A stretch of DNA of 63,956 bases, filler included, from Vicugna vicugna (GCA_013265495.1; 80 parts of 79 records of this genome joined end to end with filler, not necessarily neighbours in it); one strand, 5' to 3'; numbered from the whole stretch's first letter, positions 11,335 through 24,519 are shown. Numbers and translations: made by a program. The notes: generated from the sequence alone by a model not told the origin.

Positions 11335-12029
11335 NNNNNNNNNNNNNNNNNNNNNNNNNNNNNNNNNNNNNNNNNNNNTTAATTAATTAANNNNNNNNNN
11401 NNNNNNNNNNNNNNNNNNNNNNNNNNNNNNNNNNCACTTCCTCACCAGTGACCGCCGGCCTGGAAACGCTGTCACGCACATCACACAGCGACAGCCAGGA
11501 ATCACATGCCGAGCACGTTTGTGTAAAAGCCCGAATCAAGCAAGATGCTGCAGACTTTGACTTTCCAATTTAAATACTCCATGAAAAGAATCCCTCAGCA
11601 GCAGCCTAAATCAATTCGCATCTCACTTCTTGAAAACAAACAAATTTAATAAGGGCGCATTTGACCAAATATAAGGAGGACCAAACAGGTTCCTCAAAGC
11701 AAGGATTTTAACAGGTATCAAACACCAGTGGGTAATGTGCTAAGAAAGCAAATATTCCAAAAAATTACAAAATAAATAGATGACTAGGATAATACATGAA
11801 TCAAGTGAGCTGTTAAGTTTTTGCTTTTTAAAGCAATGGAGACAATACGGAGGGCGATATGGCTATTTCCAATGCAGGGTGTGGACATCTCACCTTTTCA
11901 GACGCAACAACATCCTCACTGGGCAGTACNNNNNNNNNNNNNNNNNNNNNNNNNNNNNNNNNNNNNNNNNNNNTTAATTAATTAANNNNNNNNNNNNNNN
12001 NNNNNNNNNNNNNNNNNNNNNNNNNNNNN

Positions 12030-13107
12030 TGGGTTTCTTGTTTGTTTTTTTATTATTATTAGGTTGTATGAAGTTTTATATTTTGGAAATTTAGCCGTTG
12101 TCAGTTGCATCATTTCTAAATATTTTCTTTAATCCTGTAGGTTGTCATTTTGCTTTGTTTATGGTTCCATTTTCTGTGCAAAAGCTTATAAGTTTAATTA
12201 GGTCCCCTTTATTAATTTTNNNNNNNNNNNNNNNNNNNNNNNNNNNNNNNNNNNNNNNNNNNNNNNNNNNNNNNNNNNNNNNNNNNNNNNNNNNNNNNNN
12301 NNNNNNNNNNNNNNNNNNNNNNNNNNNNNNNNNNNNNNNNNNNNNNNNNNNNNNNNNNNNNNNNNNNNNNNNNNNNNNNNNNNNNNNNNNNNNNNNNNNN
12401 NNNNNNNNNNNNNNNNNNNNNNNNNNNNNNNNNNNNNNNNNNNNNNNNNNNNNNNNNNNNNNNNNNNNNNNNNNNNNNNNNNNNNNNNNNNNNNNNNNNN
12501 NNNNNNNNNNNNNNNNNNNNNNNNNNNNNNNNNNNNNNNNNNNNNNNNNNNNNNNNNNNNNNNNNNNNNNNNNTTTTAACTATTGTAGCTCTGCAATATT
12601 GTATGGAGACCAGGCGGGTTATTGCTCCAGCCTCTTTGTCTTCAATATTGTTATGGAAATTATAGATCTTTTCTGATTCTATGTAAATCTTATGATCATT
12701 TGTTTCAGTCCTAAAAATAAATGTTTTGCATAATTTCATAGGAACTCAGTTTAAGTTTGTGAGTTACCTTGGGCATTATGGCCATTTTAACAATATTATT
12801 GTTTCCATTACGAGACCATTGGGTATGTTTTCAATTCTTAAAATCTTTCTTGATTTCCTCAATCAATATTTCCTTTTTCTCCATGTATAAGTCATTCGCC
12901 ACCTTGGTCAGAGTTATTCTTAAGCATTTTATAGTTTTGGGTGCAGTTATTAAAGTGGTTGTTTCCATAAATTGTTTTCCTGATGATTATGTTTTCCTGT
13001 CAATGATAGTGTAAAGAAATGTATTTGGTTTTTGTAGATTAATCTGACTACCTAGCCCAGTACCTTTTTTAGCCTAAGTAATTTTTTGTGAAGCTTTTAC
13101 AGTTTTC
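12030..13107 (-). mobile_element. Decayed LINE-1 ORF2 3' region, gapped
   Basis: Antisense L1 hallmarks such as atggccattttaacaatatt and aagtttaattaggtccc. Confidence 0.9.
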
Positions 13108-13244
13108 NNNNNNNNNNNNNNNNNNNNNNNNNNNNNNNNNNNNNNNNNNNNTTAATTAATTAANNNNNNNNNNNNNNNNNNNNNNNNNNNNNNNNNNNNN
13201 NNNNNNNGACCATCATAATGTTACTGCCTGGAAATGCCAAGCCC

Positions 13245-13358
13245 ACGTTCCATCCGACTCTACACTAACCACGTGGGTGACCTGGGCAGGCCTGTGTGGT
13301 TGTCTAAACACCAGTTTATTCATAAATAGAAATGAGGGCAATAACACAAACCTAAAAG
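13245..13358 (+). mobile_element. MIR SINE fragment
   Basis: gtgacctgggcag...ccagttt..tcat...t.aaatgaggg.aataa resembles the MIR core. Confidence 0.55.
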
Positions 13359-13559
13359 NNNNNNNNNNNNNNNNNNNNNNNNNNNNNNNNNNNNNNNNNN
13401 NNTTAATTAATTAANNNNNNNNNNNNNNNNNNNNNNNNNNNNNNNNNNNNNNNNNNNNTTGGAGGACTTATCAAAATCTAAAAGGTTGGGTTGAGAGGAG
13501 AGATTTGCATTTTCTGTTTCTCAAAGGAAACATGGCTTTAAAAGAAACTGAAAAGCACT

Positions 13560-13612
13560 TATCTAGTCTAAGCCCTCATTGTGCAGAGAAAGAAACAGTG
13601 GCTTAGAAGAGA
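13560..13612 (-). mobile_element. MIR-like SINE fragment
   Basis: atctagtc.aa.ccctcatt.t.cagag..agaaac.g.ggc..aga resembles the antisense MIR/MIR3 core. Confidence 0.45.
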
Positions 13613-13749
13613 TGAGGAAAGGCCTTATTAACAAATATTGCCTCAGCGCNNNNNNNNNNNNNNNNNNNNNNNNNNNNNNNNNNNNNNNNNNNNTTAATTA
13701 ATTAANNNNNNNNNNNNNNNNNNNNNNNNNNNNNNNNNNNNNNNNNNNN

Positions 13750-14532
13750 CTATATTCTATATTCTGTGTTCTAAATTGTATATTTATATTCTATTTTCAG
13801 TATTCGGAATCCTATAATCTAAATTCTGTGTTCTATATTGTATATTCATATTCTATGTTCAGTATTCGGTATTCTATATTTTAAAATCTGTGTACTGCAT
13901 TCCATTTTCTAAGCTTTGTGTTCTATAATCTGTATTCTATATACTATATTCTATATTCTGTGTTCCACTTTCTGTATTCTAAATTCTATATTCAGTATTC
14001 TGTGTTCTATATTCTAAATTCTGTGTTCTGCATTCTATATTGTAAATTCTATATTCAGTAATATGTATTCTATATTGTAAATTCTGTGTTGCATTCCATA
14101 CTCTAAATTCTGGGTTCTGTTTTCTGTTTTCCATATTCTATATTCTGTATTCTACATTCTATATCCTGTATTCTATATTCTGCCTTCCGTATTCTATATT
14201 CTATATTCTGTGTTCTGCGTTCTATATTCTAAATTCTATATTCTGTATTCTGCATTCTATATTTTAAATTCTGTGTTCTGCATTCCATGTTCTATATTCT
14301 GGGTTCAATATTCTGTTTTCCATATTCTATATTCTGTGTTCTATATTCTTTATTCTGTATTCAATATTCTGCATGTCGTATTCTATATTCTGTGTTCTAC
14401 ATTCTATATTCTAAATTCTATATTCAGTATTCTGTATTCAACTGTGTTCTGCATTCCATGTTCTGAATTTTGGTTTGCATATAATCAATTTAATATTCTA
14501 TATTCTGTGTTCTACATTCTATATTCTGTGTT
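13750..14532. repeat. Satellite family E (heptamer)
   Basis: 7-bp TTCNNNN periodicity. Confidence 0.95.
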
Positions 14533-14632
14533 NNNNNNNNNNNNNNNNNNNNNNNNNNNNNNNNNNNNNNNNNNNNTTAATTAATTAANNNNNNNNNNNN
14601 NNNNNNNNNNNNNNNNNNNNNNNNNNNNNNNN

Positions 14633-14941
14633 AAGCTGGAGTCCTTGGTTGGGGTACTGCACGTACCAGAAGAGATACAGTGAGTAAGTGGATGTATAGT
14701 TGCACCTCAGCTCCAGGCGGGCTCCTTCAGGGACAGTGATGCCGTGCCTGTCAGGCTGGGTCACTGACTGGGCTCCGGCTCCTCCTGAAACATCAATGCT
14801 GTATCAATGAACTCAGCTAAAACAGACAGTCTCTATTCAAAGTCAGGCCAGAACAATGTTCCATGCGTGGACAAGGGACTAAAATGGAATAGTAACTCAC
14901 TCAGGGAGCACCTCCAGCATCAAGGTGAACACCGAGATCAT
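14633..14941 (-). pseudogene. TRAV8: T-cell receptor alpha variable segment, TRAV8 subgroup; apparent leader frameshift; cut off by the scaffold end
   Basis: Leader exon 14941-14901 (MISVFTLMLEVLP, donor GTGAGT), 116-bp intron, V exon from 14784 reading [50 protein letters not shown]. The leader is 41 nt (phase 2) but the V exon needs phase 1. Confidence 0.88.
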
Positions 14942-15698
14942 GGTGGAGCAGTGAAAAGGCAGTGAACTCCTTTCTGGCAGATTCTCCACAAACAAAAGTC
15001 TGATGACGGGGGACTCGAATCAGGTTGCTCTGAGCTTGAGAAATGACAGGGGATTTACATTTCCTCTTCTAATGGACTCTACAGGGAGTGTTAGGAAGAC
15101 AGGCTGTCTTAATACTGCCTGCCCCTGGAGTCTGAGACGCTTTACATGTCAGTGTGTAAGAAATGTTGTTACAACATCTCTTTAAACTGTGGGGAAGGAA
15201 GGTTTTTGTGAGCTTGTTCTGATCTTTTTCAGCAAAGCCATTTCAATTTAGGCAGCAGCACCCTCCAGGGGCCAAACAGAGAGCTAAGGAGAAGTTCACA
15301 ATGTTTGTGACCTTCCCCATCTCCTTCCTACTCCTCCCTGCTAGGGTTGAATTCCAAAGCATTCTGATTATGTACAGAAGAGAATACATCTTTTGTAGGC
15401 CCTGAAACCCATTCAAATGGGCTTTTTAAAAGAACACACAATTGTGAATAAAAATTGAATATAAAATAATTTTTAGAATGAGAAATAGAATTACAACAAA
15501 TTACATTTTTTAATTTCCAGATTTAACTGCAAAGCCAAAAGGACATAACCCAGTATCTTTCAACTGCTAAAAGAGAGCCATCAATCCAGAATGATGTANN
15601 NNNNNNNNNNNNNNNNNNNNNNNNNNNNNNNNNNNNNNNNNNTTAATTAATTAANNNNNNNNNNNNNNNNNNNNNNNNNNNNNNNNNNNNNNNNNNNN

Positions 15699-16402
15699 TA
15701 TAGTCTTGGAATTCCTAGCCACAACAATCAGGCTAGGAAAAGAGATAAAACTTTTGAGACTGGAAAAGAAGAAGTAAAATTGTCATGATATGCAGAGATG
15801 ACACTATATACAGAAAACTGTAAAAGCTTCACAAAAAAAATACTTAGGCTAAAAAAGGAACTGGGCAAGTTAGTCAGATTAATCTACAAAAACCAATTAC
15901 ATTTCTTTACTCTACCATTGAATCAACAGGATAACAAATTATAGAAACAACCCCTTTTATAACTGCACCCAAAACTATAAAATGCTTAAGAATACTGTGA
16001 CCAAGGTGGTGAAAGACTTATACTTGGAGAACAAGAAAAAAATCATTGAGGAAATCAAGAAAGATTTGAAGAATTGAAAAGATACCCAATGGTCTCGTAG
16101 TGGAAGAAATAATATTATTAAAATGGCCATACTGCCCAAGACAATCCACAGAATTTAACTGAGTTCCTATCAAATTATGCAAAACATTTCTTTTTAGGAC
16201 TGAAAGAAATTATCATAAGATTTATATAGAATCAACATAATTTCCAAAACTATATTTAAGACAAAGAAAGAGGCTGGAGTAATAACCCGCCTGGTCTCCA
16301 TAAACTATTGCAGAGCTACAAAAATCTAAATGACATGATATTGGTACAGAAGCAGGTACATGGGCCAATGGAACAGAATAGAGAGCCTAGGAATAATACT
16401 AA
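15699..16402 (+). mobile_element. Decayed LINE-1 ORF2 (C-terminal RT region)
   Basis: VLEFLATTIRL..., aaaatggccatactgccc, ccaatggaacagaatagagagcc; many stops and indels. Confidence 0.92.
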
Positions 16403-16626
16403 NNNNNNNNNNNNNNNNNNNNNNNNNNNNNNNNNNNNNNNNNNNNTTAATTAATTAANNNNNNNNNNNNNNNNNNNNNNNNNNNNNNNNNNNNNNNNNN
16501 NNACTCATTCCAAAAGGTAGTTGAGTTCATCAAAAAGATACAAATGTAATTTTATAATCATTATCACATAAGATACATGTAAAAATGAAAGTATTAAGAG
16601 AAGTTAAATAAAAATTTCATTTCCTA

Positions 16627-16890
16627 GATGGGGAACAGAAGATTCTTAGCGTAGCAAAATTATTCTGTATGATACCGTAATGATGGATACGACACAAAGA
16701 GTGACGCATAATGTGAGCTCTGGAGTTTGAGTGATGATGACATGTCAGTGTGGGTTCATTGACTGCAACAAGTGCACCACTCTAGTGGGGGCTGTGGATA
16801 TAAATGAGGAGGCTGTGCATGTGTGGGGAATGGGGTGTGTGCACCTCGGTTCAATATTGCTGTGACCTTAAACCTACTCTAAAAAAGACA
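16627..16890 (+). mobile_element. Old L1MC-type 3' end
   Basis: ttattctgtatgatac..., gatgacatgtcagtgtgggttcatt...caccactctagtgggg...gctgtga.c.taaa.ct.ctctaaaaa. Confidence 0.7.
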
Positions 16891-16959
16891 ACTTATTTTT
16901 AAAACCTCATTTTCTTTTATTTATCTTTGTTTTACATTAAAAAAATTACAATTTTTAAA

Positions 16960-17236
16960 TTTTTTTTATGATGGACATATGATAAACAGCACGCATTTGT
17001 AGTATACATTTTGGTAACTTTTGACATACATATTCACCAGTGGAAGTAGTGACATAATCTGAATAATGAACATTTCTATTCCCTCTGAAATTTTCCTTAT
17101 GCCCCTTTGAAATCCCCCCTCCTCCCACCTAATATGAGTCCCCAGACCACCACCATTCTTTCTGTCACTGTATATAAGCTGGCATTTTATAAAGTTTATA
17201 TAAGTGAAATCACATAATATGTGATCTTTTATCATC
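16960..17236 (-). mobile_element. Old L1 (L1ME/MD-type) 3' fragment
   Basis: gaacatttctatt.cc.ctgaaa.tttcctt.tgcccctttg...ctttctgtcact.ta...tatataa.tg.aatca is an antisense old-L1 pattern. Confidence 0.65.
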
Positions 17237-17336
17237 NNNNNNNNNNNNNNNNNNNNNNNNNNNNNNNNNNNNNNNNNNNNTTAATTAATTAANNNNNNNN
17301 NNNNNNNNNNNNNNNNNNNNNNNNNNNNNNNNNNNN

Positions 17337-18128
17337 GTCCTGGAGGTGGGGAAACAAAGTCCACGTTTATTTATTGGATCATAGGTGTCCCCAGGTTGGG
17401 GATGTAGGCAAACACTTCCACTGCTCATAGAGAGGCACTCGCTATTACTTTGGTTTAGTGCCCAACCCCACCTTAACTCACATCGCGTCCAAAGGAAACT
17501 ATCAGGGATGTCAATCCAAGAGATTCTATTAGATCCCAGGTGCTGCCTTCAGTTTGAAGAGCCTCCCCACACTTAGGATAGCTGAATAGTTCTTCGTGTG
17601 TGTGCTGGAGTTGGGGAAACAGATCTACACATCTTGCAAGGGGCACAGGTATTCACAGGTTGTGGATTGCAGTTTAAAGACCTCCACATCCCGTGGAGAG
17701 GCACTCGATTGTACTTGTTTGTCGAGGCTGAACCCTCCATTCCCCCTCACTCTGGCATAGACAAGTCATCAGGGAAGGCAAACTTAGGGTTTGTATTAGA
17801 ATCCAGTCGCTGTTGTCAGTTGGAGAATCTTCCCCACACTCAGGATCCGGAATCCAGCCTTTAGTGTGGGGGATGTGTGGAGACCCACCCCACGCAGAAG
17901 AATGGGGGCACAGGTGTTCCACGTTAGGGAACTCAAAATATTTCCTCAGACTATTGGAGGCACTCGATGCTACTTGGCATCCAATCCCAACCGCCAGGTT
18001 TCCATCGCAGTCGGGCGTAGGGAAACACACAGGAAATACAAGTTAAGGGGTTTTATTTGAACCCAGGCACTGCTGTCATTTGAAAGTTCTTCCCCACTCT
18101 CAGGATACCTGAACACATTTTCGTGTGT
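17337..18128. repeat. Satellite family B
   Basis: Three diverged ~265-bp monomers with the ctccccacactcaggat motif. Confidence 0.9.
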
Positions 18129-18228
18129 NNNNNNNNNNNNNNNNNNNNNNNNNNNNNNNNNNNNNNNNNNNNTTAATTAATTAANNNNNNNNNNNNNNNN
18201 NNNNNNNNNNNNNNNNNNNNNNNNNNNN

Positions 18229-18434
18229 TTTGACAAACATGCTTTCCTGAGTTGAGAGCATGTGGATTACTAAACTTCCATCCTCTATAAATGGAATATA
18301 TTCATCTAGACACGTGTACAGATTTTCACAAGCTTTCCCTAACACCAGGTATGAATTCATGCATTTTTCACAGAAAAATAATGCTGGATCGATTTCCACC
18401 TAACAGATATGTACTTTACATGTATTCCAACAAC
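18229..18434. repeat. Satellite family C
   Basis: Close match to 47719-47925. Confidence 0.9.
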
Positions 18435-18534
18435 NNNNNNNNNNNNNNNNNNNNNNNNNNNNNNNNNNNNNNNNNNNNTTAATTAATTAANNNNNNNNNN
18501 NNNNNNNNNNNNNNNNNNNNNNNNNNNNNNNNNN

Positions 18535-19194
18535 GGCACAGAGACAATAGGAAAACCCTCAGGGGAGAAGAGCATAGGCTTTCCGTTTGAACCCACGCAC
18601 TTCCGACCGTTGGAGGAACCTCCCCACGCTCAGGATTCCGGAGCTATTGTCAGTGCGTGGGGGAGCTCGAGAGACAACTCCACGCAGCTCTCTTCAGTCA
18701 CAGGTGTTCCCTGTTCGGGGAAGTGCAAGAATATCTTCCCTGANNNNNNNNNNNNNNNNNNNNNNNNNNNNNNNNNNNNNNNNNNNNNNNNNNNNNNNNN
18801 NNNNNNNNNNNNNNNNNNNNNNNNNNNNNNNNNNNNNNNNNNNNNNNNNNNNNNNNNNNNNNNNNNNNNNNNNNNNNNNNNNNNNNNNNNNNNNNNNNNN
18901 NNNNNNNNNNNNNNNNNNNNNNNNNNNNNNNNNNNNNNNNNNNNNNNNNNNNNNNNNNNNNNNNNNNNNNNNNNNNNNNNNNNNNNNNNNNNNNNNNNNN
19001 NNNNNNNNNNNNNNNNNNNNNNNNNNNNNNNNNNNNNNNNNNNNNNNNNNNNNNCCACGCTCAGGATTCCGGGACAATTGTCAGTGCGTGGGGGAGCTCG
19101 AGAGACAACTCCACGCAGCTCTCTTCATTCACAGGAGTTCCCTGCTCGAGGAAGTCCGAAAATACATTCCCTGACCTAGGGGAGGCAGCCTCTG
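18535..19194. repeat. Satellite family A
   Basis: A consensus on both sides of an N gap. Confidence 0.95.
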
Positions 19195-19294
19195 NNNNNN
19201 NNNNNNNNNNNNNNNNNNNNNNNNNNNNNNNNNNNNNNTTAATTAATTAANNNNNNNNNNNNNNNNNNNNNNNNNNNNNNNNNNNNNNNNNNNN

Positions 19295-20182
19295 TCGCAG
19301 ATTTTACCTTTCATCAGAATCTAAAATCAGATTTTTTTCGCAGAAAAATACTCCTGGAGCCATTTCTACCCAATAGATACGTAATTTACATAGATTCGAT
19401 CAACATGACATTCCGGATTCCGTACATGCTGCATGCATGACTGATTCGACAACATGCATTTCTGAGTTGTGAGCATGTGTATTACTAATCTTTCATCCAA
19501 TAAACAAGGCATATTTACATGTAGAAATATTCACTCTGAATTCATAGATTTTTTCTATCACCAGTTTCAAAAATCAGTCATTTTTCCCCAAAAAACACTC
19601 TTTGAGCGAATTCTCCCCAATACACATGTAATTTACACAGTTTAGATAACCATGACATTCCGTTTTCCAAACAAATTTTATGCATAATGGTTTTGACAAA
19701 TATGAATTTCTGAGTTGTGACTATGTGAATTACTGTTCTCTCATCCACCAAATGAGGCATATTGCACCTAGAAATATTAAATCATATTTCATAGATTTTT
19801 TTCTGTCACCAGTTTTTAAATCAAGACGTTTTACACTGAAAAATAATTTTCGAGCGAGTCTTACCAATTCACATGAAATTTGCATAGATTCCATCCACAT
19901 ACAATTCCGTGGTCTGAACATGTTACATACATGACAGATTCGACAAACATGCATTTCTGAGTTGTGAGCATGTGGATTCCTGAACTTTCATCCACCAAAC
20001 AAAGCATATTTGCACATAGAAATATTTATTATAATTTCAAAGCTTTTTCCTACCACCAGATTCAAAAACCAGAGATTTTTCACCGAAAAATACTTTTGGA
20101 GAGATTTCTACCTAATAGGTATGCAATTTACATAAATTCTTTCAACATGATATTTCGTGATCCGAACATGCTTCATGCAACA
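19295..20182. repeat. Satellite family C, diverged variant
   Basis: ctgagttgtga(g/c).atgtg anchor at ~19471, 19719 and 19966 (247-248 bp period). Confidence 0.9.
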
Positions 20183-20282
20183 NNNNNNNNNNNNNNNNNN
20201 NNNNNNNNNNNNNNNNNNNNNNNNNNTTAATTAATTAANNNNNNNNNNNNNNNNNNNNNNNNNNNNNNNNNNNNNNNNNNNN

Positions 20283-20740
20283 TGGATCTATTTATCTAAA
20301 ATTTGAATAGATACAAATGATAATATGTCACATGAGTCTATTATTTACTTTCTTTACTCATCAATATCTTTGAGATCTGTAATTGTTAGAGTAAGTGCAT
20401 CTGCTATGTAGCTGCTTCTGCATGTTCATTATCTGCACTCACTTCATACCATTCATTCACTGCCAACCCTCGCACCAAAGTCCTTCTGTGGACATTGAGA
20501 ACACACCTCTTACATCCCTTTGGAAGTAGAAAGTAGTGACCTGGAATGCACCCTGTTTCTTTTCTAAGAAGAGGCTGCACCTTCTACTCCCCCTTTCTGG
20601 ATAGCTTCTGCATCTTCACATCCATTCCTACACTTGGAACATGCATGTTTCCTAATTTTGCCATTCATTCATTTTAATATAAATTTGTATCCAAGTGTTA
20701 TTTTAATTTTCATTTTTCTGGTTGTTTGTTGGTGATTTTC
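20283..20740 (-). mobile_element. Very old LINE-1 (L1ME-like) fragment
   Basis: Antisense old-L1 remnants tttactca.caatat.tttgagatc and ttttaattt.catt..tctg. Confidence 0.45.
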
Positions 20741-20840
20741 NNNNNNNNNNNNNNNNNNNNNNNNNNNNNNNNNNNNNNNNNNNNTTAATTAATTAANNNN
20801 NNNNNNNNNNNNNNNNNNNNNNNNNNNNNNNNNNNNNNNN

Positions 20841-21389
20841 TTAGAATATACAATGTAGAACACAGTATAAAGAATATAGAATACAAAATGTAGAATATAT
20901 AATGGTGAATATTGAATAAGTAACACAAAATATAGATAATAGAATAGAGAATATAGAAGCCAAAATTTAGAACATGGAATGCAGAACACAGAATTTCGTA
21001 TATAGAACACATAATACTGAATTTAGTATTTAGAACATAGAATGCGGAAAACAGATTTTATTTTANNNNNNNNNNNNNNNNNNNNNNNNNNNNNNNNNNN
21101 NNNNNNNNNNNNNNNNNNNNNNNNNNNNNNNNNNNNNNNNNNNNNNNNNNNNNNNNNNNNNNNNNNNNNNNNNNNNNNNNNNNNNNNNNNNNNNNNNNNN
21201 NNNNNNNNNNNNNNNNNNNNNNNNNNNNNNNNNNNNNNNNNNNNNNNNNNNNNNNNNNNNNNNNNNNNNAGAATATATAGAATATACAATGAGTAACACA
21301 AAATATAGAATATAGAATATAGAAGCCAAAATTTAGAACATGTTATGCAGAACACAGAATTTCGTATATAGAACACATAATACTGAATT
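20841..21389. repeat. Satellite family E (reverse orientation, AGAATAT)
   Basis: 7-bp GAA periodicity. Confidence 0.93.
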
Positions 21390-23004
21390 NNNNNNNNNNN
21401 NNNNNNNNNNNNNNNNNNNNNNNNNNNNNNNNNTTAATTAATTAANNNNNNNNNNNNNNNNNNNNNNNNNNNNNNNNNNNNNNNNNNNNTGTATTATTGC
21501 TTCTTTCCATCAGCTGAGATAATTTACAGCTGATGGTGCTTGCAGTCAGCAGCAGCAGGAAAGTAGATTGTGAGCATGAATAACTCTTGGAAAGAAAATG
21601 CTTTTACTAGGAGCATCTGAAATATCTCCAACTATAGATTTTATAAATTGAATCTGATCTACAGAATTTTTGCACTGAAAACGTCTGGAGGGAGCAGGTC
21701 AAACTCCTCTTTTTATAAATGGAAAAAAATGAGGTTCAGCTACCAGTAGAAAGTGACATTTGTCTTTTACAATGTAATAAGCTTCTAATAACCCCCATTA
21801 TGAATAGTTCCCATTGTTTACAACTGAAGATGGGGGTCAAAGCAGAAAACTGTACATTCAGAGATGAAAGTTGAAACTTAGACAAAATTAGATGTTCATA
21901 ATATTTTTGAGTCCTGAGAAACAAAAGCGTATCATATTGGTGGCATACAAAAAATACTGAAGAAAAGTTTTTGGTCACTTAAACTGANNNNNNNNNNNNN
22001 NNNNNNNNNNNNNNNNNNNNNNNNNNNNNNNTTAATTAATTAANNNNNNNNNNNNNNNNNNNNNNNNNNNNNNNNNNNNNNNNNNNNTCCAATTTATTCA
22101 CCTGGTGAAGGTCTTTGCTATGAAACTGTCAGATCAGGGAGGGCAGGACACGCCCTCTTCCCTCGTACCCGCCCTCTGGCAGAGCATCAGCTTGGGAGGA
22201 CCTGCTGAGCTACACCAGCCTGTATTCTAAACCTGGTCTGAGTTCTTAGNNNNNNNNNNNNNNNNNNNNNNNNNNNNNNNNNNNNNNNNNNNNNNNNNNN
22301 NNNNNNNNNNNNNNNNNNNNNNNNNNNNNNNNNNNNNNNNNNNNNNNNNNNNNNNNNNNNNNNNNNNNNNNNNNNNNNNNNNNNNNNNNNNNNNNNNNNN
22401 NNNNNNNNNNNNNNNNNNNNNNNNNNNNNNNNNNNNNNNNNNNNNNNNNNNNNNNNNNNNNNNNNNNNNNNNNNNNNNNNNNNNNNNNNNNNNNNNNNNN
22501 NNNNNNNNNNNNNNNNNNNNNNNNNNNNNNNNNNNNNNNNNNNNNNNNNNNNNNNNNNNNNNNNNNNNNNNNNNNNNNNNNNNNNNNNNNNNNNNNNNNN
22601 NNNNNNNNNNNNNNNNNNNNNNNNNNNNNNNNNNNNNNNNNNNNNNNNNNNNNNNNNNNNNNNNNNNNNNNNNNNNNNNNNNNNNNNNNNNNNNNNNNNN
22701 NNNNNNNNNNNNNTAGCACAGAAAAATCAGATGGACTAGTGGTGAGTATGTTCCAGGGAAACGGCAGTAATTCCTCCACTTGTAAGGGGACACACACTCA
22801 CTTGACGTAGGTGATTGTAAAGCACATTCTGGGGAAATTCAGAAGATTCAGTCACCGCATCAAGATGGTGATGACACGGTAGGACCGCTTGGATGCATGC
22901 TTCTNNNNNNNNNNNNNNNNNNNNNNNNNNNNNNNNNNNNNNNNNNNNTTAATTAATTAANNNNNNNNNNNNNNNNNNNNNNNNNNNNNNNNNNNNNNNN
23001 NNNN

Positions 23005-23765
23005 TATAGAATACAGAATACTGAATATAGAATTATAATATAGTGTGAGGAACACACAATATAGAATATAGAATAAAGAATATTAAACCCATAATTCAGA
23101 ACATGGAATGCAGAACACAGAATTTACAATATAGAATACAGAATACTGAAGATAGAATTTAGAATATAGAATGTAGAACATAGTATAAAGAATATAGAAT
23201 ACGGAATGCAGAATATAGAATGTAGAATNNNNNNNNNNNNNNNNNNNNNNNNNNNNNNNNNNNNNNNNNNNNNNNNNNNNNNNNNNNNNNNNNNNNNNNN
23301 NNNNNNNNNNNNNNNNNNNNNNNNNNNNNNNNNNNNNNNNNNNNNNNNNNNNNNNNNNNNNNNNNNNNNNNNNNNNNNNNNNNNNNNNNNNNNNNNNNNN
23401 NNNNNNNNNNNNNNNNNNNNNNNNNNNNNNNNNNNNNNNNNNNNNNNNNNNNNNNNNNNNNNNNNNNNNNNNNNNNNNNNNNNNNNNNNNNNNNNNNNNN
23501 NNNNNNNNNNNNNNNNNNNNNNNNNNNNNNNNNNNNNNNNNNNNNNNNNNNNNNNNNNNNNNNNNNNNNNNNNNNNNNNNNNNNNNNNNNNNNNNNNNNN
23601 NNNNNNNNNNNNNNNNNNNNNNNNNNNNNNNNNNNNNNNNNNNNNNNNNNNNNNNNNNNNNNNNNNNNNNNNNNNNNNNNNNGAATGCACAGAATTTATA
23701 ATATTTTATACAGAAATCTAAATATAGTATTTATAATATAGAATGTAGAACACAGAATATAGAAT
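23005..23765. repeat. Satellite family E (reverse orientation)
   Basis: 7-bp GAA periodicity, gapped. Confidence 0.93.
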
Positions 23766-23865
23766 NNNNNNNNNNNNNNNNNNNNNNNNNNNNNNNNNNN
23801 NNNNNNNNNTTAATTAATTAANNNNNNNNNNNNNNNNNNNNNNNNNNNNNNNNNNNNNNNNNNNN

Positions 23866-24417
23866 GTCGAATCCATCAAGCATGTAGCATACGGAACCCG
23901 GAATTCCATGCTGATCGAATTTATGTAAATTACATATTTATTTGGTTGAAATCACTCCAGAATTATTTTTCTGTGAAAAATTCACGATTTCATATCTGGT
24001 GTTAGGAAAAACTTCTGAAAATGTTTACACGTTTCTAGATGAAAATAATCCATTTATAGAGGATGAAAGATCAGTAATCCACATGCTGTCAATTCAGGAA
24101 TTCATGTTTGTCGAATCCGTAATGCATGTAGCATGTAAGCATGTACGCGGAATATCATCTTGATGGAATCTATTCAAATTACATATCTATAGGTTAGAAT
24201 AGGCTCCAAGAGATTTTTTGGGATAAAACTGTGATTCTTGAAACTGGTATAGGAAAAATCAACGAAGTCAAAATAAATACTTCAAAGAACATAGGTACAT
24301 AGTATAGTGGTTGAAACATCAGTCATCCACATGTTCACAAGTCAGAAATGCATGTTTGTGGAATCCATGGTACATGAAACATGTTCAGAATACGGAATGG
24401 CATGCTTATGGAAACAG
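23866..24417. repeat. Satellite family C (reverse orientation)
   Basis: ggatgaaagatcagtaatccacatgc is the reverse complement of the C anchor. Confidence 0.9.
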
Positions 24418-24519
24418 NNNNNNNNNNNNNNNNNNNNNNNNNNNNNNNNNNNNNNNNNNNNTTAATTAATTAANNNNNNNNNNNNNNNNNNNNNNNNNNN
24501 NNNNNNNNNNNNNNNNNAG

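Noticed and set aside
11893..11929. Possible exon end on the minus strand (AAG|GTGAGA)
   Set aside because: Only about 36 nt lie before the scaffold end, so it cannot be supported.
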